From: Squalus acanthias
Taxonomy: Eukaryota
NCBI GenBank assembly: GCA_030390025.1
Contig: CM059432.1
Location: 18,230,001-18,294,000 of the forward strand
DNA length: 64,000 nucleotides
Direction of reading: 5' to 3'
The position numbers and the translations under genes are program-made. Of this stretch, positions 12,351 through 24,446 are shown in pieces. The notes below the pieces were generated by a model, which was not told the origin of the DNA, searched no databases, and saw nothing but the letters and a program-made list of their open reading frames with translations. The stretch's first letter is position 1; each line of letters begins with the position of its first letter.

Positions 12351-12836
12351 AAAGAGAAGGCTAAGGGGTGACCGGATAGAGGTTTTTAAGATAATGAAAA
12401 TGTTTGATAGGGTAGACGTAGGGTAGAGAAAATGTTTCCACTTGTGGGAGAGTCCAAATTAGAGGACATAAATATAAGATAGTCACTAATAAATCCAATA
12501 GGGAATTCAGGGGAAACATAAACGCCGGCAGAGATCAATTGGGTCAAATGGCCTGTTTCTGTGCTGCAGACTTGATGGAACTTGATGTAAATTGCTAGAA
12601 AAGAGAAGGTTGAGGGGTGACCTAATAGAGGTCTTTAAAATTATGAAGGGATTTGATAGAGTAGATATAGAGGAGATGTTTCCACTTGTGGGGGAGTCCA
12701 AAATTAGGGGCCATAAATATAATATAGTCACTAATAAATCCAATAAGGGATTCAGGAGAAACTTCTTTACCCAAAGAATGGTAAGAATGCGGAAATGATT
12801 ATCACATGGTGCAGTTGAGGCAAATAGCATGGATGC

Positions 12837-13065
12837 TGACATAAATCTTGTCATTCATGTGGAAATGACTTATGAAGTAATACTGGGTGGCCTGCTGGTG
12901 GCGCTGTCCATGGAGAGTATAAATACTCGGGCATGGGCCCAGCTTGCTCAGGACATTCCTTAACAGGAACTAGTGAAGGACACAACTAGATCTCCATGTT
13001 GAAAAACAGTTGATTAAAGCTTTGTTTAACGCTCAGACCAAGTGCCTAGTAGTTTTCTTACGTCA
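12837..13065 (+). mobile_element. Short solo LTR (229 bp)
   Basis: TGACATAA...TTACGTCA termini, 5-bp TSD GATGC/GATAC, internal TATAAAT (~12918) and ATTAAA (~13013). It interrupts a CR1. Confidence 0.65.
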
Positions 13066-13107
13066 GATACATTTAAGGGGAAGCTAGATAATTACATGAG
13101 GGAGAAA

Positions 13108-13676
13108 TGATGTGGAGATGCTGGTGTTGGACTGGTTCTCCAAGGCGGCCTTTGAGACAAACGACAACGCAAAATCGTCGAGCAGAAACTGATAGCCAAG
13201 TATATCACCCATGAGGACGGCCTCAACCGGGATCTTGGGTTCATGTCACGTTACATGTAACCCCACCTGACGTAGAGTCATCCAGACTCGAGTCGTCGTT
13301 GGCTTGTTCTCTCTACACAGATGCGGCCGGACCTGCTGTAATTTCCAGCAAAAAAAGTCTTTTGTTTTCCATACAGACCCCAGCATCTGCCACATTTGAC
13401 CCCCTGTGACCCCACCTCATTGTCTTTGATGTAATGTTTTCCTGACTGACCTGTTTGGACACCATCCACACCTTTGATTGCCGTGATTATCTCTCTGCCG
13501 AGGTGTGATAAAGGGCAGTTAGAAAGATTAACTGTAATCATCTGGCAGTGTTCTCTGACTATATATGCTGTGCCTATATGCATCTCTTCACTTCACCTGA
13601 CGAAGGAGCAGCGCTCCGAAAGCTTATGATTTCAAATAAAGCTGTTGGACTGTAACCTGGTGTTGTGCGACTTCTC
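13108..13676 (+). mobile_element. Penelope-like element 3' end (GIY-YIG endonuclease C-terminus plus pseudo-LTR)
   Basis: Perfect 14-bp TSD ACATGAGGGAGAAA (13094-13107 and 13677-13690). 13135-13260 translates as VLQGGL*DKRQRKIVEQKLIAKYITHEDGLNRDLGFMSRYM*. Confidence 0.85.
13593..13629 (+). ncRNA. Minimal type I hammerhead ribozyme motif
   Basis: CTGACGA (13597-13603), a, stem II GGAGC-agc-GCTCC, GAAA, palindromic AAGCTT stem III. Stem I tcac/atga has one mismatch. Confidence 0.7.
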
Positions 13677-13840
13677 ACATGAGGGAGAAAAGAATAGAAG
13701 GATATGCTGATAGGGTGAGATGAAGAGGGGTGGGAGGAGGCTCATGTAGACCATAAACACCGGCATATACCAATTGGGTCGAATGGCCTGTTTCTGTGCT
13801 GTAGATTCTATGTAATTCTATGTAACCTGCAACCTCCACC

Positions 13841-14335
13841 ATAGGAATATAGGATCATAGGAACAGGAGTCGGCCATTCAGCACCTCAAGCCTGTTCCGC
13901 CATTCAATGAGATCATGCCTGATCTGCGACCCAACTTCATATACTCGCCATTGTCCCATCCCCCTTAATACCTTTGGTTAACAAAAAGCTATCAATCTCC
14001 GATTTAAAATTAAGAATTGATCTAGCATCAATTGCCATTTGTGGAAGAGAGTTTCAAACTTCTACCACCCTTTGTGTGTAGAAGTGTTTCCTAATTTCAC
14101 TCCTGAAAGGTCTGGCTCTAATTTTTAGACAATGCCCCCTAGTCCTAGAATCCCCAACCAGCGGAAATAGTTTCTCTCTATCTACCCTATCTGTTCCCCT
14201 TAATATCTTTACAACTTTGATCAGATCACCCCTTACCCTTCTAAATTCTAGGGAAGACAACCCTAATTTGTGTAATCTCTCCTCGTAACTTAACCCTTGA
14301 AGTCCGGGTATCATTCTGGTAAACCTATTCTGCAC
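13841..14335 (-). mobile_element. CR1 LINE 3' fragment
   Basis: [23 protein letters not shown]...HFYTQRVVEV. Nearly identical to 51740-52210. Confidence 0.9.
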
Positions 14336-14902
14336 ACCACCTAGAAGAACTAGAGTAGCTGGCTCTGGGGAAGACCATTACCTCAAAGTCACACACTATC
14401 CTGACTTGGACATATATCACCGTTCCTCCATCATCACTGGGTCAAAATCCTGAGAGCACATCCAGTGCAGTGATTCAAGAAGAAGGCCCACCACCACCAC
14501 CTTCTCAGGGCAACCAGGGATGGACAATAAATGCCGGCCGATTTACAGGATATTCAGCAGTAACTTGCCACGGCTTCTTCAGCCTAGAGTTGGCAACTCT
14601 GCTTGGACATATTCTTGCATGTTTCATCACATGATCTTCCGCCTCCAGCCATCCCGCTCACACGTTCCCGCCATTGGTCGCCCGACACGCCCATCGTCGC
14701 GGCGTGCCGCTTTCCTACATAAATTGGACAAGCAGCAGGCGCATGGGAAAACCATCATCTCCAACTTCCCTATCTCCCCTCATACACCTTCCTGACCTGG
14801 ATATATATCGCCGTTCCTTCATCGTCGCTGGGTCAAAATCCCGGAACTCCCTCCCTAACAGCACTGTGGGATTGGCTTCACCACACGGACTGCGGCGGTT
14901 CA
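14336..14902 (+). mobile_element. Two family-B LINE 3' fragments with an unidentified insert (~14584-14735)
   Basis: Shared 3' sequence (cctgacttgga...gggtcaaaatcc; cttctcagggcaac...caataaatg) with 21290-21500. Confidence 0.65.
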
Positions 14903-16142
14903 ATATCCATCTTTTGTACTTATTGCCTTGTAACTGTGTGTAACTCGTCGTGCTTGATCAGTATGATCGCTGATCACCACCTTATTGGCTGTCTTGTTGA
15001 ACTGATCTACACTAGGATTCTGGTGGTATTTCTGCTGCTTTGAGTGGGGGTGGAGGGGAAAGGAAAGTCACTGCTGTACTCGCCACAGCGTAGCATAGCC
15101 TGCGGCCCCTGGGTCACAGAATTATTGTTTTTAAAGGTCGTGCCTTACCTAGGCAAGGCAGTCCTTTAATTTTTGAATACCTCCGCCCCCCCCACCCCCT
15201 GCACCCCTCCCACCCCCCCCCAAATACCTTAACAATGCGGGACGCCAGGAATTCAATGATAGTTTGTGACGGCCCACCATCACTAAGGCATGCATGGTGA
15301 TGCTGGGAAATACGCCATTATTGTCAACATTAATATATCATTCGAAAATACTTTCCCAAATACAAGCAGGTGCATTCAGCATCTGCTCTCACTTCAAGTG
15401 GCAAATTCTGGAAGGGCTGACAGATGCCACAGATCCAGTGGAATATTTCTTGCCCCTGACTGGCCCGTACCAGCTGGAATCGAGCAATGCCGATGCCAAA
15501 AAATCTAGCCCTTGGTGCCTTGTTTAAGATTTTCGAAGTTTCCAGACAGCTCACTCCAAAATAGGTTGGTAGCAATCCCAAGACCAAGTATTGCAGGCCT
15601 AATTGCTCATCTGCGACTCATTACTCATGGAATTTGCTGTCCAGGATTGTTTCCAACAGTAGCACGAGGCAGAAGTTGCCACATTGAAGGGGTTGATATG
15701 TTGGAGCGAGAGGTTACAGGACTCCGTGGCCTGTTTCTGAAGCTGTTGCAAAACACCAATTAATTGGGGGATGAGGGTTGATCCAATGAAGTAGATCCTG
15801 TTCTAGTTTCTGCATACTTAAGGGACTGAAAACCTGTTACCCCTAAGATCAGTTCAGAGCTGACACTAAGGGGACAAAATCATTGTCAAACCCGGGAACA
15901 GCACAGCAAGGCCCACAATAACTGGCAATTATACTTCCAGAGGAGGAGTGTCACGAAAAGAGGGTTGAGAAAATCTGATTAATACCCAGTTCAGTTAAAG
16001 GGATCTCCAATGCCAAGCTGAATTAACATAAATATACTGATCTAACTGGTATCAGATCATATATACACATCGCTATGAATATTTAGCACCAAAAGTAAAC
16101 ATTAAACAGTCTTATATGGGGTCATTTTCTGAATGACATACA

Positions 16143-17027
16143 GGGGGTCATTTTAGCCCCCCAGGACAGGCGGGACAGTGTCGGTGGGGGGGGCTTAAAT
16201 TGTTAAAAATGGGAACCTGACCCCAACCCGCTGCGAATGCCCCTACTTCCGGTTTAACCGGGGCGAGTTAGGGGTCGGACGAGTAACCCGTTCCTGAAAG
16301 GCAGGCCGGTCATTATAATATCTAAATGAGGCTGCGTGCCTCAGATTTTATCAGCGATTTGAATTTAACAGCTGTGGGCCGTGTTTCCCAGGGTTTGGGA
16401 AACCTGGCAGCTTAAGGGAAATGGAAGCTGCCAGGTCGAGCACTGCTTGTGGGCCAGGTGGAGCAGGAGTGCTTCCCTCAGTCTTTCAAGCAAACCTGCC
16501 GCAACCTGCCTCCCAACCTGCGATCTTCGGACCCCTCCCCCCAATCGCTTGTACCCACCCCTCCCGCAATCGGTCGGACTGCTTCCCCCGTGATCACTCG
16601 GCCCCACCCCCAGCCCGCCGCAATCTGTCGGCATCCCTTCTGCGATCACTCGCACTCCCCTCTCACGATTGCTCAGAACCCCCCTCCTGCAATCGGTCAG
16701 ACCACCCCCTGCGATCGCTCGGATCCCCCCCGCGATCGCTTGGGCCAACCACCGGGACTGCTTGGACACCCCCATGCGATCGCTCGAACCCCCTCTGCGA
16801 TCACTTGGACTCCCCTCCCGTGATGAATCGGACACCTCCCCCCGCCACTGTGATTGCTCAGACCTCCCTCGCGGAGTACAAAAGTTCTAATGTGGTCCTG
16901 CCGTTAAATTCAACAGGACCTCTTTGTTCCCGGAAATTGTCTGGAGCACATGTCAAATTCCTGGTATTTACTCCCGGCTGGTGAAGCTCTGTACTCGGGG
17001 AGTGAGTGAACTTGTAAAATTACCCCT
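16143..17027. mobile_element. Harbinger-type MITE with an internal degenerate ~22-bp 'ccccgcgatcgctcgga' repeat
   Basis: Termini GGGGTCATTTT and AAAATTACCCC. The left 350 bp is the reverse complement of 24540-24900-type sequence; the repeat tract lies at about 16515-16865. Confidence 0.7.
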
Positions 17028-17259
17028 ACACGTTACAGTTTTAGGATATAATAACTCACCAGCCATAGGTAAGCCTTCCTTTCAACATTTGTCACACAAT
17101 TTAATTATTTAAACTCACTATAGCTCTATTCCCACAAAGATGGTAATGTAAGAAATGTTATTGCATTCTTTGCGTGGGTGATGCAATAGGAATAGCCTTT
17201 CAGTAGAGCACCCAGAAGAGACGTGGCCAGATGTGGCATGACGTCTGGGAGAAGATAGA

Positions 17260-18002
17260 GGCCCAAAAATTCGTGAGGAAGCCTTCGTGCGAGGGTAAGG
17301 CCTCCCCGCGATCTCTCACTCCGCGTTGGCTTTTTCAGTTCCAGCTCGCACGAACTTGATGTTCTGGACAGCTGGTGTGCTGGGCTTGCGTATCCCACCG
17401 GCGTAGTTAATTCGTGCGAGCTGTGGGATCACGTGACTCAGTTAGAGCCAATGGCAGCACACCATCTTCCATTCATAACATTCACATAAGTGCTGTGAAA
17501 GTTATGAATACTATAGCCCCTCAAAAGAACCGCTAAACCTCAATTAAATTTAAAAAAAACCCATCACATTAATAAAATAAGTATAGTTAAATAAATTAAC
17601 CATTTTAAATAAAAAATTAAATTTTTGAAAAAATTTAAAATCTTTTAAAAAGTTATAAAAATAAACTTACCTGTCTTTAAAGTCTCTAAAAAAGATATAC
17701 CTGTTAAAAAAAATTCAAAATAATACTTAATTCACTACTTACCTTGTTAAAAGTGGGTCTTACTCCTCCTTTTTTTATGTGTAGAATCTTCCGTACTTAC
17801 CTGCGCGTTGAAACCACTAAGTGCACTGCGTGCGCGCAGCCTGTAGCGCGCACGCGGTGCACCTAGGACCCGCCCCCTTTTCCATTCACCAAGTGCCGGT
17901 TTTCAGCGCATGCGCAGTGCATGCAGAAAACCGGCAATTGGAGACAGAATACGCGAGAGTACACAGTGCGTACTCTCGCGTAGCAAGACTAATTTTTGGG
18001 CC
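17260..18002. mobile_element. Harbinger-type MITE, AT-rich core with GC-rich arms
   Basis: TIRs GGCCCAAAAATT and AATTTTTGGGCC. Inverted relative of 50721-51486. Confidence 0.85.
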
Positions 18003-18116
18003 ATGAGCTCCAGAGTCCTGCTACTGCAGTACTTGGGCATCTGAGCAGCTTAACAAAACTATCTGAGGTTAAAGGAATGTTCATATAGCAGGTGAGCAAG
18101 TTGTGCTCTGAACCTG

Positions 18117-18600
18117 TTAGCCGTGGCTCAGTTGCACACTCGCCTCTGATCAGGGGGTTGTGGGTTCAAACCCCACTCCAGAAACTTGAGCACATCATTT
18201 AGGCTGATACTTCTGCGCAGTACTGAGTGAGTACTGCGCCACTGGAGTCTTTTAAATGGGACATTGAACCGGAGCCCTGTCTGCCCTCTCAGGTAGACAT
18301 GTAAGATCCCATGACCAATGTTCCCGCTAAGCTGTGCGGCAGCGCAGGCCGCTCACCGTCTTTTCAATGGGAGATTTTGCGCATTCGTGAAACTTTGAAT
18401 GGCCCGCCAAGCCCGTTAAAGGGACTGCACACCCAAAAAAGAATTAGGGGGAACAATGCCCATGACACTATTCGAAGAAGAGCAGGGGCGTTCTCCCGGT
18501 GTCCTGGCCAATATTTATCCCTCAATCAACTTTGTTAAATCAGATAATCCAGTCATTATCTCATTGTTGTTTGAGGGATCTGGCTGTGTGCAAATTGCCC
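18117..18600 (+). mobile_element. tRNA-headed Deu-domain SINE, 3'-truncated, interrupted by a hAT MITE
   Basis: A box TGGCTCAGT, B box GGTTCAAACCC, Deu core gatcccatg...tgtcctggccaa. Confidence 0.85.
18316..18458. mobile_element. hAT-type MITE (143 bp)
   Basis: TIRs CAATGTTCCCGCTAA and TTAGGGGGAACAATG with a perfect 8-bp TSD CCCATGAC. Confidence 0.9.
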
Positions 18601-18737
18601 AGATCATTCTTCTCACCTTCAATTGTGGCCTGGATCATTCTGCTCCCCCTTGGCTCCCTGGTCCCTGGGGTACCCTTCTCTCTTCAACTGCCTCCTGGGA
18701 TGGACATGCTCCTGGTTTCCTGGACTTCACTCCACTC

Positions 18738-20345
18738 ATAGGAACATAGGAACAGGAGTAGGCCATTCAGCCACTTGAGCCTGTTCTGCCATTCAGTTAG
18801 ATCACAGGAGTAAAGAAGTCTTACTCTAATTATATAGGGCCTTGGTGAGACCACACCTGGAGTACTGTGTACAATTTTGGTCTCCTTACCTAAGGAAGGA
18901 TATACTTGCCATAGAGGGAGTGCAACGAAGGTTCATGAGATTGATTCCTGGGATGGCGGGACTGTCGTATGAGAAGAGATTGAGTAAAATAGGCCTGTAT
19001 TCTCTTGAATTCAGAAGAATGAGGGGATCTCATTGAAGCATACAAAATGATTACAGGGCTTGAGAGGATGGATGCCGGGAGAATGTTTCCCTTGGCTGGG
19101 GAGTCTAGAACCAGGGGCCACAGCCTCAGGATAAAGGGTAGGCCATTCAGGACTGAGATGAGAAGAAATTTCTTCACACAGAGGGTGGTGAATCTTTGGA
19201 ATTCTCTACCCCAGAGGGCTGTGGAGGCTCAGTCATTGAGTATAATCAAAACAGAAGTCGTTAGATTTCTGACTAGTAAGGGCATCAAGTGATATGGCGA
19301 TAGGGCCGGTGAATGGAGTTGAGGCAGAAGATCAGCCATGATCTCATTGAATGGCGGAGCAGGCTCGAAGGGCCGAATGGCCTACTCCTGCTCCTATTTC
19401 TTATGTTCTTATGGCTGATCTGTATCTCAACTCCCTTTGTCTGCTTTGATCTCTTGATATCCTAACCAAATTAAAAATCTTTTGATCTCAGCCTTGAAAA
19501 TTTCAATTGACTCAGCCATTTGGGGGAGAGAGTTCCAGATTTCCACCACCCTTTGTGTGGAGTAAGTGCCTCCTGATTTCAGTCCTGAATGGGCTAGCTC
19601 TAATTTTAAGATTGTGCCCCCTTGTTCTGGATTCCCCACTAGAGGAATTAGCTTCCCTCTTACTCTATTGAACCCTTTTATCATTTTAAACACCTCAATA
19701 GATCACCCCTCCACCTTCTAAACTCAAGGGAATACAACCCAAGTTCAAGCAACCTGTCCTCATAATTTTACCTTTTAAGCCTTGGGAATCTGCACTGTAC
19801 CCCCTCCAAGGCCAATACATCCTTCCTGAGATGCGGTGCCCAGACCTGAACGCAGTAGTCCCAGATGGGGTCTGACCAAGGCTCTGTAACTTCCTTCCCT
19901 TTGTATTCCAACCCTCTTAAGATGAAGGCCAACATTCTATTAGCCTTTTTGATCACTCTTTGTACCTTTGCAGTAGCTTTTAGTGATTTGTGTACCTGGA
20001 CTCCCAAATTCTTTTGCTCATCTACAGTTTCTAGTCTCACAATTAAGAAAATATTCTGATTTGCCTTTCTTGGATCCAAAGTCAATGACCTCACACTTCC
20101 CCACATTTGACTCCACAATTTTTCCCACTCACTTTATACGTCTATGTCTCATTGTAACTTACTGCTTCTATCGGCGCAACTTACTCTGCCTCCTAACTTA
20201 GTGTCATCTGCAAACCTGCATAAACAACTTCATCCAAGTCATTGATATATGTGGTGAAAAGCTGAGGGCCTAGGACACCAGGAATACCACTTGTTACACT
20301 TTATCCCTAGTCTCTTTCTCCTACCTTCCAACCAATTACCAACCC
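18738..20345 (-). mobile_element. CR1 LINE (minus) with a second CR1 (plus, ~18806-19411) inserted in its 3' UTR
   Basis: The inner copy encodes VRPHLEYCVQFWSPYLRKD. The outer copy resumes at 'atggctgatc' and shows ORF2 remnants at 19427-20118. Confidence 0.85.
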
Positions 20346-20371
20346 ATGTCTGCTCTCTCAAATATATGTAA

Positions 20372-20552
20372 AAGAAGAGCAGGGGAGTTCTCCCAGTGTC
20401 CTGGCCAACATTGGTCCCTCAACCAACTCCTAAAAACAGATGATCTGGTCATATATTTGATTATTATTTGAGGGATCTTGCTGTGTGTAAATTGGTAGGT
20501 GTGTTTCCTATATTACAACAGTGACAACAATTCAAAAAGTACCGAATTGGCT
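20372..20552 (+). mobile_element. Deu-domain SINE internal fragment
   Basis: aagaagagcaggggagttctcccagtgtcctggccaa...caaaaagtac matches the SINE body. Confidence 0.75.
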
Positions 20553-21814
20553 GCCCCCCTGCAGATACACGAATTCTCGCCTTCTTTCCACCAAGACATC
20601 CAGTGCATTGTCTGAAAACCTTGGGCAACACTCTCCCATGTTCAGCTAATGAAGCAGTCCATGCCCGCATGCAACAAGACCTGGACGACGTTCAGGCTTG
20701 GGCTGATAAATGGCAGGTAACATTCACGCTACACAAGTGCCAGGCAATGGCTATCTCTAACAAACGAGAGTCTAACCACTGCCCCATGACATTCAACGGC
20801 ATTACCATCGCCGAATCCCCCACCATCAACATTCTGGGGGTTACCATTGACCAGAAACTTAACTGGACCAACTACATAAATACTGTGGCAACAAGAGCAG
20901 GTCAGAGGCCAAGTATTCTGCAGCAAGCATCTCATCTCCTGACTCCCCAAAGCCTTTCCATCATCTACAAGGCACAAGTAAGGAGTGTGATGGAATACTC
21001 TCCACTTGCCTGGATGAGTGCAGCTCCAACAACACTCAAGAAGCTCGATACCATCCAGGACAAAGCAGTCCGCTTGATTGGCACCTCATTCACCACCTTA
21101 AACATTCACTCCCTCCACCACCGGCGTACTGTGGCTACAGTGTGTACCATCTACAAGATGCACTGCAGCAACTCGCCAAGGTTTCTTCGGCAGCACCTCC
21201 CAAACCCGCGACCTCTTCCACCTAGAAAGACAAGGGCGGCAGGCGCATGGGAACAACTCCACCTCCAAGTTCCCCTCCAAGTCACACACCATCCTGACTT
21301 GGAAGTATATCGCCGTTCCTTCATCATCGCTGGGTCAAAATCCTGGAACGACCTCCCCAACAGCACTGTGGGAGTACCTTCACCACACGGACTACAGCGG
21401 TTCAAGACGGCGGCTCACCACCACCTTCTCAAGGGCAATTAGGGATGGGCAATAAATGCTGGCCTTGCCAGCAACGCCCACATTCCATGAATGAAAAAAA
21501 AAAGCCATTGCTCGAAGTATCACAGACCCGATTGCCTTTTGAAAAAACTCCCACCACTTCTTGCAGCCACAATGTACCTCTCCTTGAAGAGGTGCAGGCT
21601 GCCTTTAAGTAGCGCTAGCCACTCGTGATATCGTGTCCCCACTGATGTGTGCAGCCAATGAACAGCACAGGTAGTGCTGGCTGCACGCAGGAATCATGTA
21701 AAAGAGCAGGCAGCACCAATTCAATGTCCTGCCTGCAACGCAGCGAATAGGCATGGGATAATCGCGTTCCGTGATCCCCACACCCGTTTTCAGGGTTAGC
21801 CAATTTCTACCCCC
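20550..21814 (-). mobile_element. Harbinger end fragment with the start of the Myb-like gene, split by a family-B LINE
   Basis: Terminus AATTTCTACCCC near 21812 and ATGGCT near 21507. After the LINE the minus strand reads PRFSDNALDVLVERRREFVYLQGG, matching Myb exon 1 of the other copies. Confidence 0.7.
20646..21503 (+). mobile_element. Family-B LINE (CR1/L2 group) 3' end
   Basis: MQQDLDDVQAWADKWQVTF...HHHLLKGN* followed by a 3' UTR and an A-tail. Confidence 0.9.
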
Positions 21815-23070
21815 CTCCTCTCTTGTTTCTTACGTCACAGCACACAATTACTGAGTGATGAAGTGTTGCGTTATTTTCTGTTTTATAATTGTCTTCCTCC
21901 AACTGGGCTATTGGTTTATCAATGCCAAGCGCTGTGACTGTGCTGTGCTAACACAGATCTTTCTATGTGCCAGCACCATTATCACATAGAATTTAAACAG
22001 AAAAGTATGAACAAGTGTAACGGGAAACTAAGCGCAGTCACATCCTTAATTTGATGTGGAGCTTCAGCCTCTGGAGAGTACATCCTCAATCAAGTACCAT
22101 GGCTGGGAGAACAAGAGGTTATCTGTTGGGGCCATTTGTTACACAATGTTACAATATATGTGGGAGTGCCTTCCTTCTTGTTTTCTGGGTGTAGAGTTAT
22201 TTCCTATTATCACGCCACTGAATGTGAACAGCTACTGCCCTGCGACTTTGCCATATTGCTGGAATGTGAATGCTCTACTCCTGCACATTACGTGGAGGGA
22301 GATTTCACCAGCGCTGGAGCTGAAGACGCCCCAGATGATAAGCAGCTGCGGAGCATCTAGGCTGGCGGAAAGTTGCTCGATGATGAGGTGCTCCTGTTTT
22401 ATACCGCACGAATCGTGATGTGCGACTCCTGCCGACTACGATCATCTGCCTGGCAACCGAACAACATGTCAGGAAACACACCAGTGTGCGACCTGACACA
22501 TTCCTGCAGGTTTTTTTTCCATTGCTTAGTGACAGTGTGATCCCCTGTGATGCTGCGACTGAATGTTGCTTCAGTAGTTCGTGCTGTTTCAGAATTACAG
22601 AGGCCTTATCCTCTAATTAAAAGAAGTATCCCTCCGTCACCCATCGGCAGTGTCTAGAGCAGGAGGACAGAAAGAAAGGCAGAGAAATGGCAGAGTAAAT
22701 ACAAATTCAAACACAAGCCCTACAATATTTTGTTAATATATTATTAAAATGAACATACTTCAGACCTGGAACGCTGATGAGATAATGGCCCCGACAATAA
22801 TGGGGAGGCAGGGAGGGAGCGGGGGGGTGCAGGTTAAACGGTCGGGAAACTGGAAAGTACGGGTTTCCCGGAGGTCCTACTGAATTTAACAGCAGGACCT
22901 CTGTTAAATGTTTTGAAACCATCTCCCGGCCGCAGCTAGCCAGGTTGAGAGGCTAGCTGGCTGTTGAGTGGGTAGGCCTGCGGCACCAGGCCGCAGCCAG
23001 GGTCAGACATCGGGGGGTTGGGGGGGTTTGGACATCGGCCACGAAGTCGGATATCGGGGATTGGACATTG

Positions 23071-24446
23071 AAAGAAAAAGAAAGACTTGGGGGTAAAAAT
23101 TCAGTTGGTTGCGCCTCCCGTTAGCGCCTTAAGAGGGCGCTAATGGGGCGCAAAGCCGCTAACGCCCGGGCGCAGCGATGTTTGCGCCGCTCGGGAACTT
23201 AACTAGAGATTGTGCGGCGGCGCTAAGCTTTACCGCTGCGACCACCTGCGCGCGCAGATCGTGACGTCATTCCATGGTGCAACGCCCTTGTGGCGCCCCG
23301 GAGCGGAAATTGAGTGGCGCCCCCTGCCTTACCGCCTGGCGCATCCAACGACCAGAAGACTGGAACGCTATCAATCGCTGTGGGGCTGGGGGGGGGGCGC
23401 TATTTAAAGGGGGCCTCTTCCTGTCTTTTATTGTTGGTGGCATTTTTGAACTACGCATTCTGAGAGAGAGAGGGAGAGACTTCTGGAGAGATTCAACGTT
23501 GTGTGAAGGAGTTTTGGGTACTGAGCAGCACTTTGCAGGTTCATTTTGATTTGCCATTCCTTGTATCGATTTAGCAGAGACTGTGGGAGCTGCACTCTGA
23601 GCTCTTTGCCTGGTACTCTCCATTGTTTTTTCCAGCACATTTGATGTGCAAGTCTCTCCAGGCCGAGATTCAAGGCTGCAATGAACAGGATGTGGATGGA
23701 AAGCAAGATTAACCATCCCCCTTAAGAACTGGCCCGTGCCATTGTGTGTGTGTTCCATTGCTGACTGACATTACATGAGCTTCGCCAGCGCTCTGAGTTA
23801 GCGCCTCACTCCTTGGCCTTTGCGCCTTAAGACAGGTGTGCAGCGCCTGATTTAGCGCTCCACTCACCTCCCGGGGCGGTAAAAGTGAAGTTTCCAGTCA
23901 GTGCCGATAATTAGCGCCAGGCGCTAATATTTGCGTCCAGACGATATTTGCGCCCCAAATGGGGCGCGACCTAATTTTTCCCCCTTGCATTTCTATAGCG
24001 CCTTTCACGACCACTGTACGTCTCAAAGCGCTTTACAGCCAATGAAGTACTTTTTGAAGTGTAGTCACTGTTGTAATGTGGGAAATGTGGCAGCCAATTT
24101 GCGCTCAGCAAGCTCCCACAAACAGCAATGTGACAATGGCCAGATAATCTGTTTTTGTTATGTTGGTTGAGGGATAAATATTGGCCAGGACACCGGGGAT
24201 ATCTCCCCTGCTCTTCTTCAAAATAGCGCCATGAGATCTTTTACGTCCACCTGAGAGAGCAGACGGGGCCTCGGTTTAGCGCCTCATCTGAAAGACGGCA
24301 CCTCCGACAATGCAGCACTCCCTCAGCACTGCACTGGAGTGTCAACTTCAATTATTTATGTGCTGCAAGTCCCTGGAGTGGGACTTGAAACCCACAACCT
24401 TCTAACTCAGAGGCAAGTGTGCTACCAACTGAGCCACAGCTGACAC
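23071..24446 (-). mobile_element. Deu-domain SINE, interrupted in its tail
   Basis: Full reverse-complement SINE at 23985-24446 with the tail remainder at 23071-23089. Flanking GACATTG duplication. Confidence 0.9.
23090..23984 (+). mobile_element. Non-autonomous Harbinger deletion derivative (895 bp)
   Basis: TIRs GGGGTAAAAATT and AATTTTTCCCCC. TSD TTG is confirmed by restoring the SINE tail. Collinear with 2064-2881. Confidence 0.9.

Larger units (their letters stand above)
12350..13825 (+). mobile_element. Two adjacent CR1 3' fragments; the second (12592-13825) hosts a short solo LTR and a Penelope insertion
   Basis: LEKRRLRGDLIEVFKIMKGFDRVD...RNFFTQR with an attctatgt tail. The CR1 sequence resumes after each insert. 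Confidence 0.85.

Noticed and set aside
15330..15763. Possible host exon
   Set aside because: No frame gave a recognisable protein. It cannot be supported without homology or RNA data.
22056..22620. Coding-like unique stretch
   Set aside because: Several short frames with no recognisable domain or splice pattern. It may be an ancient repeat and is left unassigned.
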